From Sulfolobales archaeon (GTDB lineage: Archaea; Thermoproteota; Thermoprotei_A; Sulfolobales; AG1), in NCBI GenBank assembly GCA_038867615.1, contig JAWBYA010000006.1, positions 1 to 64,000 on the forward strand: 64,000 bases of DNA. The letters run 5' to 3'. The notes under the pieces are model-generated. The model was not told where the DNA came from. It searched no databases and worked only from the letters and a program-made list of their open reading frames with translations. Of the stretch, positions 61,313-64,000 are shown piece after piece. The position numbers and the translations under genes were made by a program. The first letter of the stretch is position 1. Every line of letters begins with the position of its first letter.

Positions 61313-62917
61313 TTAGAGGTCTTTCCATTTTGTGGTTAGTGTGGCGGCTAGGATGAAGATTGCTGATAGGGTTGCTAGTATTATGAATGGTGTTAGTGCT
61401 GCTTCTGGTTTTTGGAGGATGAGGGTTTGTCTTAATCCTTCGCTGAAGTAGTAGAGGGGTAGTGTTTGGGCGATTTGCTGCATATATCCTGGCATGATTT
61501 CTAGGGGCCAGAAGGAGCCGGATAGGAACATCATTGGGAAGGCTATTGTGTTGCCTAGTGCTGTGGCAGCCTCTACATCTTTAACCAGTCCTCCTAGGAA
61601 TACTCCCATGCTGCAGAAAGCAATAGAGCCTAGGAGGATTAGGAGTATTGCATATATGTCTGGGATTGCTTTGATCCCAAAGACAGCCCAGCCCAGGGCT
61701 ATCATGACCGTCATTAGCATTAATGCTAGTAATGCCTGCACCAATATGTTACCCAGTATCCATGTCGGCTTTGAGAGTGGTGTTGCAATCAGTCTCTTCA
61801 GAACACCAGTCCTCCTGTATTCCGAGATGTTGGATGTAACCCCTATCAACCCGTTGGTCATGATGAAGGCAGCAATATAGCCTGGCAGATAGTAGTCAAC
61901 AGCCTTAAGTCCTCGCACCTTGACAGCCTCCTGCTCGAGGGAGATGATAGGTGAGGCGCCTATCATCCTCTCACCAAACTTAGCAGCTATGTTATCTATA
62001 ACCCCCCTTATGATCGGGGCAGCCTGGTCGGCAGGGCTGGTTAGAAGGATAAGCCGTGCTGGTTTAGCTTCAAGGCTTATATTAGCCCTCTCTATCCAAG
62101 AGACCCCTTGCTCTAGATACTGGCGCTGAGACTCATTCATATACTGACCAAACCTCTCTAGAATAAGCTTCATCATACCGAAAGACACCTGGAACCTGAC
62201 AGCCATATCCGCCTGGATCAGGCTCTTCTCAAAACCCTCAGGTATTATGAGAACACGCCATAGCCAGCTGTTTCAGGTTTCATGATGGTTTATAGGGGTT
62301 GATATTAAACCCGAGTTCTGCAGTAATGGAACATTATATAAGCTCTGAAATATTTATGGATACCCGCCCAACAATGAGGGTAGAGATAGAGACCCAAGTG
62401 GGCGGGTTAAAGGTAAAGAGATCCAGGATGTGGGGGTTTCCCCACAGCAGTGAACCAGAGCAATGCAATGAAGGGGAGCTGTGGGCTGGGGTCACCCCGA
62501 ACGGGTGGAGGCCAGTGATAAGGGCTCCAATGAAAGGAGCCCTGAGGCCTATGAAGCCAAGGGCTGAGCGGTTGGTATTTTTATATCAACCGCTATGAAG
62601 CCCGAACCCCTGCTCTGAAAACCCGCACCACGTGTCATATATTCTTGAGCATCGATCCCAGGATCTATCTCTTTTACATTGAACACACTCTGGTTAAGCA
62701 GATCTATGAACACCTTTGAGAGCGCCGTGGGCTCGCCATCTGGCTGGCGATCTAGATTCTGCACCTCCAGCGTGTAGGAAACCTGCTGCTCACCACCAAA
62801 CACGGTTCCAAAGATGAGCAGAAGCATTGCTGGGAAGAGGAAGCTGAAGAAAACACCAGTCCTGCTCCTCAACCAGTTCTTGAGAAGCATCTCCACCAGA
62901 ACCAACAACCCCTTCAC
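61313..62917 (-). pseudogene. ABC-2 permease split by a 351-bp mini-element
   Basis: Removing 62260-62610 joins GAGFQSR to RVLIIPEGF in frame (417 aa). Confidence 0.85.
62260..62610 (+). mobile_element. non-autonomous IS607-type mini-element (family B) with omegaRNA region
   Basis: CC core at both junctions; ends match the 23.7-25.3 kb element; carries the tnpB-tail sequence (MWGFPH...GVTPNG...MKP) but no RuvC motifs. Confidence 0.85.
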
Positions 62918-63855
62918 GCCAGATCACCCGTCTCAGTCAACCTAGCACCCGTTAGCCTTAGAAAAGCTTCCTCCAACCCGCCATGGGTCATCTCAGCACC
63001 GCCAGTATAGCCTGACTCGTAGAGCTTTGAAAGAATCGAAGCCGCTTCCTGGTGCGATAGACCACTAACTATAACCCTACCCTCAGGAGTCCTGATCCAC
63101 TCATAACCCATCCTAGATAGTGTTTCCTCCACATTCTGGCTAGAACCCGATAGGATAAGGCGGACACCTCTGCTCTCTCTCCGTATTAATCCTTCTACAC
63201 TATCGAGAGCAACGATCTTACCTTTAAGCATGATAGCTACCCTATCGCTAAGCCTCTCAGCCTCCTCTAGATAGTGTGTCGTGAGAACCACAGTCTTCCC
63301 ATAACGCTTAAGAGACTGGATAAACCTCCAAGTCTCCCTCCTAGCATATACATCAAGCCCTGTTGTGGGCTCGTCCAGAAACACCAACTCAGGATCGCTG
63401 ACAAGAGCCATGGCTATACCAACACGCCTCTTAAGGCCTCCAGAGAGCTTCATATAGAGCCTCTTACGATACTCCCACAACCCGAGCTCCTCGAGAAGCC
63501 TCTTGAGATCGGGTTTCACACCATATATCGCAGCGATAAGCCTCACATTCTCCTCAACAGTAAGCCTATCAATAGCATTGAACTCCTGCGGCATCACACC
63601 AATGAGGCGCTTGATCTTCCTAACCTGACCCTCATCCCTAACATCATAACCAAACACACGCACCTCGCCCGAGGTAGCGGATCTGAGGCAAGCGATTATC
63701 TCCACAGTTGTTGTCTTCCCCGCACCATTATGGCCTAGGAGTGAAAAGACCTCCCCCTGCTTAACGCTGAAACTCACATTATCCACAGCCAACAGGTTTC
63801 CATATCTTTTTGTAAGCTGATGAACCTCGATAACATCTCTAGTCATTGTAACCAT
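62914..63855 (-). CDS. ABC transporter ATP-binding protein
   Basis: GHNGAGKTT, LSGG, LDEPTTGLD, TTHY. Confidence 0.92.
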   Translation of the reverse strand: MVTMTRDVIEVHQLTKRYGNLLAVDNVSFSVKQGEVFSLLGHNGAGKTTTVEIIACLRSATSGEVRVFGYDVRDEGQVRKIKRLIGVMPQEFNAIDRLTVEENVRLIAAIYGVKPDLKRLLEELGLWEYRKRLYMKLSGGLKRRVGIAMALVSDPELVFLDEPTTGLDVYARRETWRFIQSLKRYGKTVVLTTHYLEEAERLSDRVAIMLKGKIVALDSVEGLIRRESRGVRLILSGSSQNVEETLSRMGYEWIRTPEGRVIVSGLSHQEAASILSKLYESGYTGGAEMTHGGLEEAFLRLTGARLTETGDLA

Positions 63856-63939
63856 CCATCTTTTAATAACCTATAACAACACGAGGGTAATATATCGATA
63901 TAGGGAGGTAATGGGGGTTAGGAGCTCTGGATGTTGTAG

Positions 63940-64000
63940 CGGGCCCGCGGGGATTTGAACCCCGGACCGCCGGCTTAGAAGGCCGGCGCTCTATCCTGGC
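63940..64000 (-). tRNA. tRNA-Arg(TCT), 5' end outside the window
   Basis: Reverse complement shows CCGGC-CTTCTAA-GCCGG anticodon arm, GGTTCAAATCC T arm and acceptor strand CGGGCCC-G. Confidence 0.92.

Noticed and set aside
62260-62610. Idea that the insert is a spliced intron or in-frame insertion (length divisible by 3)
   Set aside because: It contains an in-frame stop at 62549 on the gene strand, and no bulge-helix-bulge or group I features were recognised.

Overview
Chromosomal window from a thermophilic crenarchaeon (Thermoproteota): rpl34e, rpl14e, cmk, Alba, an ATP-dependent DNA ligase, paREP-family genes and TATA-box promoters. Core metabolism includes panB, ilvB/ACT subunit/ilvC, an enolase-superfamily + ALDH + ADH cluster, several transporters, and two adjacent three-subunit Tat-exported molybdoenzyme operons (Psr/Phs-like and Ttr-like). 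Four IS607-type tnpB/omegaRNA elements of two families are present. (i) A tnpB 3' end at the window start reads in frame into a broken transporter. (ii) A ~345 bp protein-free mini-element lies at 15.2-15.6 kb. (iii) A full-length tnpB element at 23.7-25.3 kb sits in a box C/D sRNA locus and is flanked by a degenerate ~75 bp duplication that leaves an intact sRNA. (iv) A 351 bp mini-element splits an ABC permease at a CC/GG core. The right end is a tRNA-Arg(TCT)-anchored accessory region with a decayed att copy and a four-gene SNF2-DUF3883 / nuclease-like / DUF1156 methylase / DUF499 ATPase defence operon. Family calls come from motifs recognised by eye; no searches were run.
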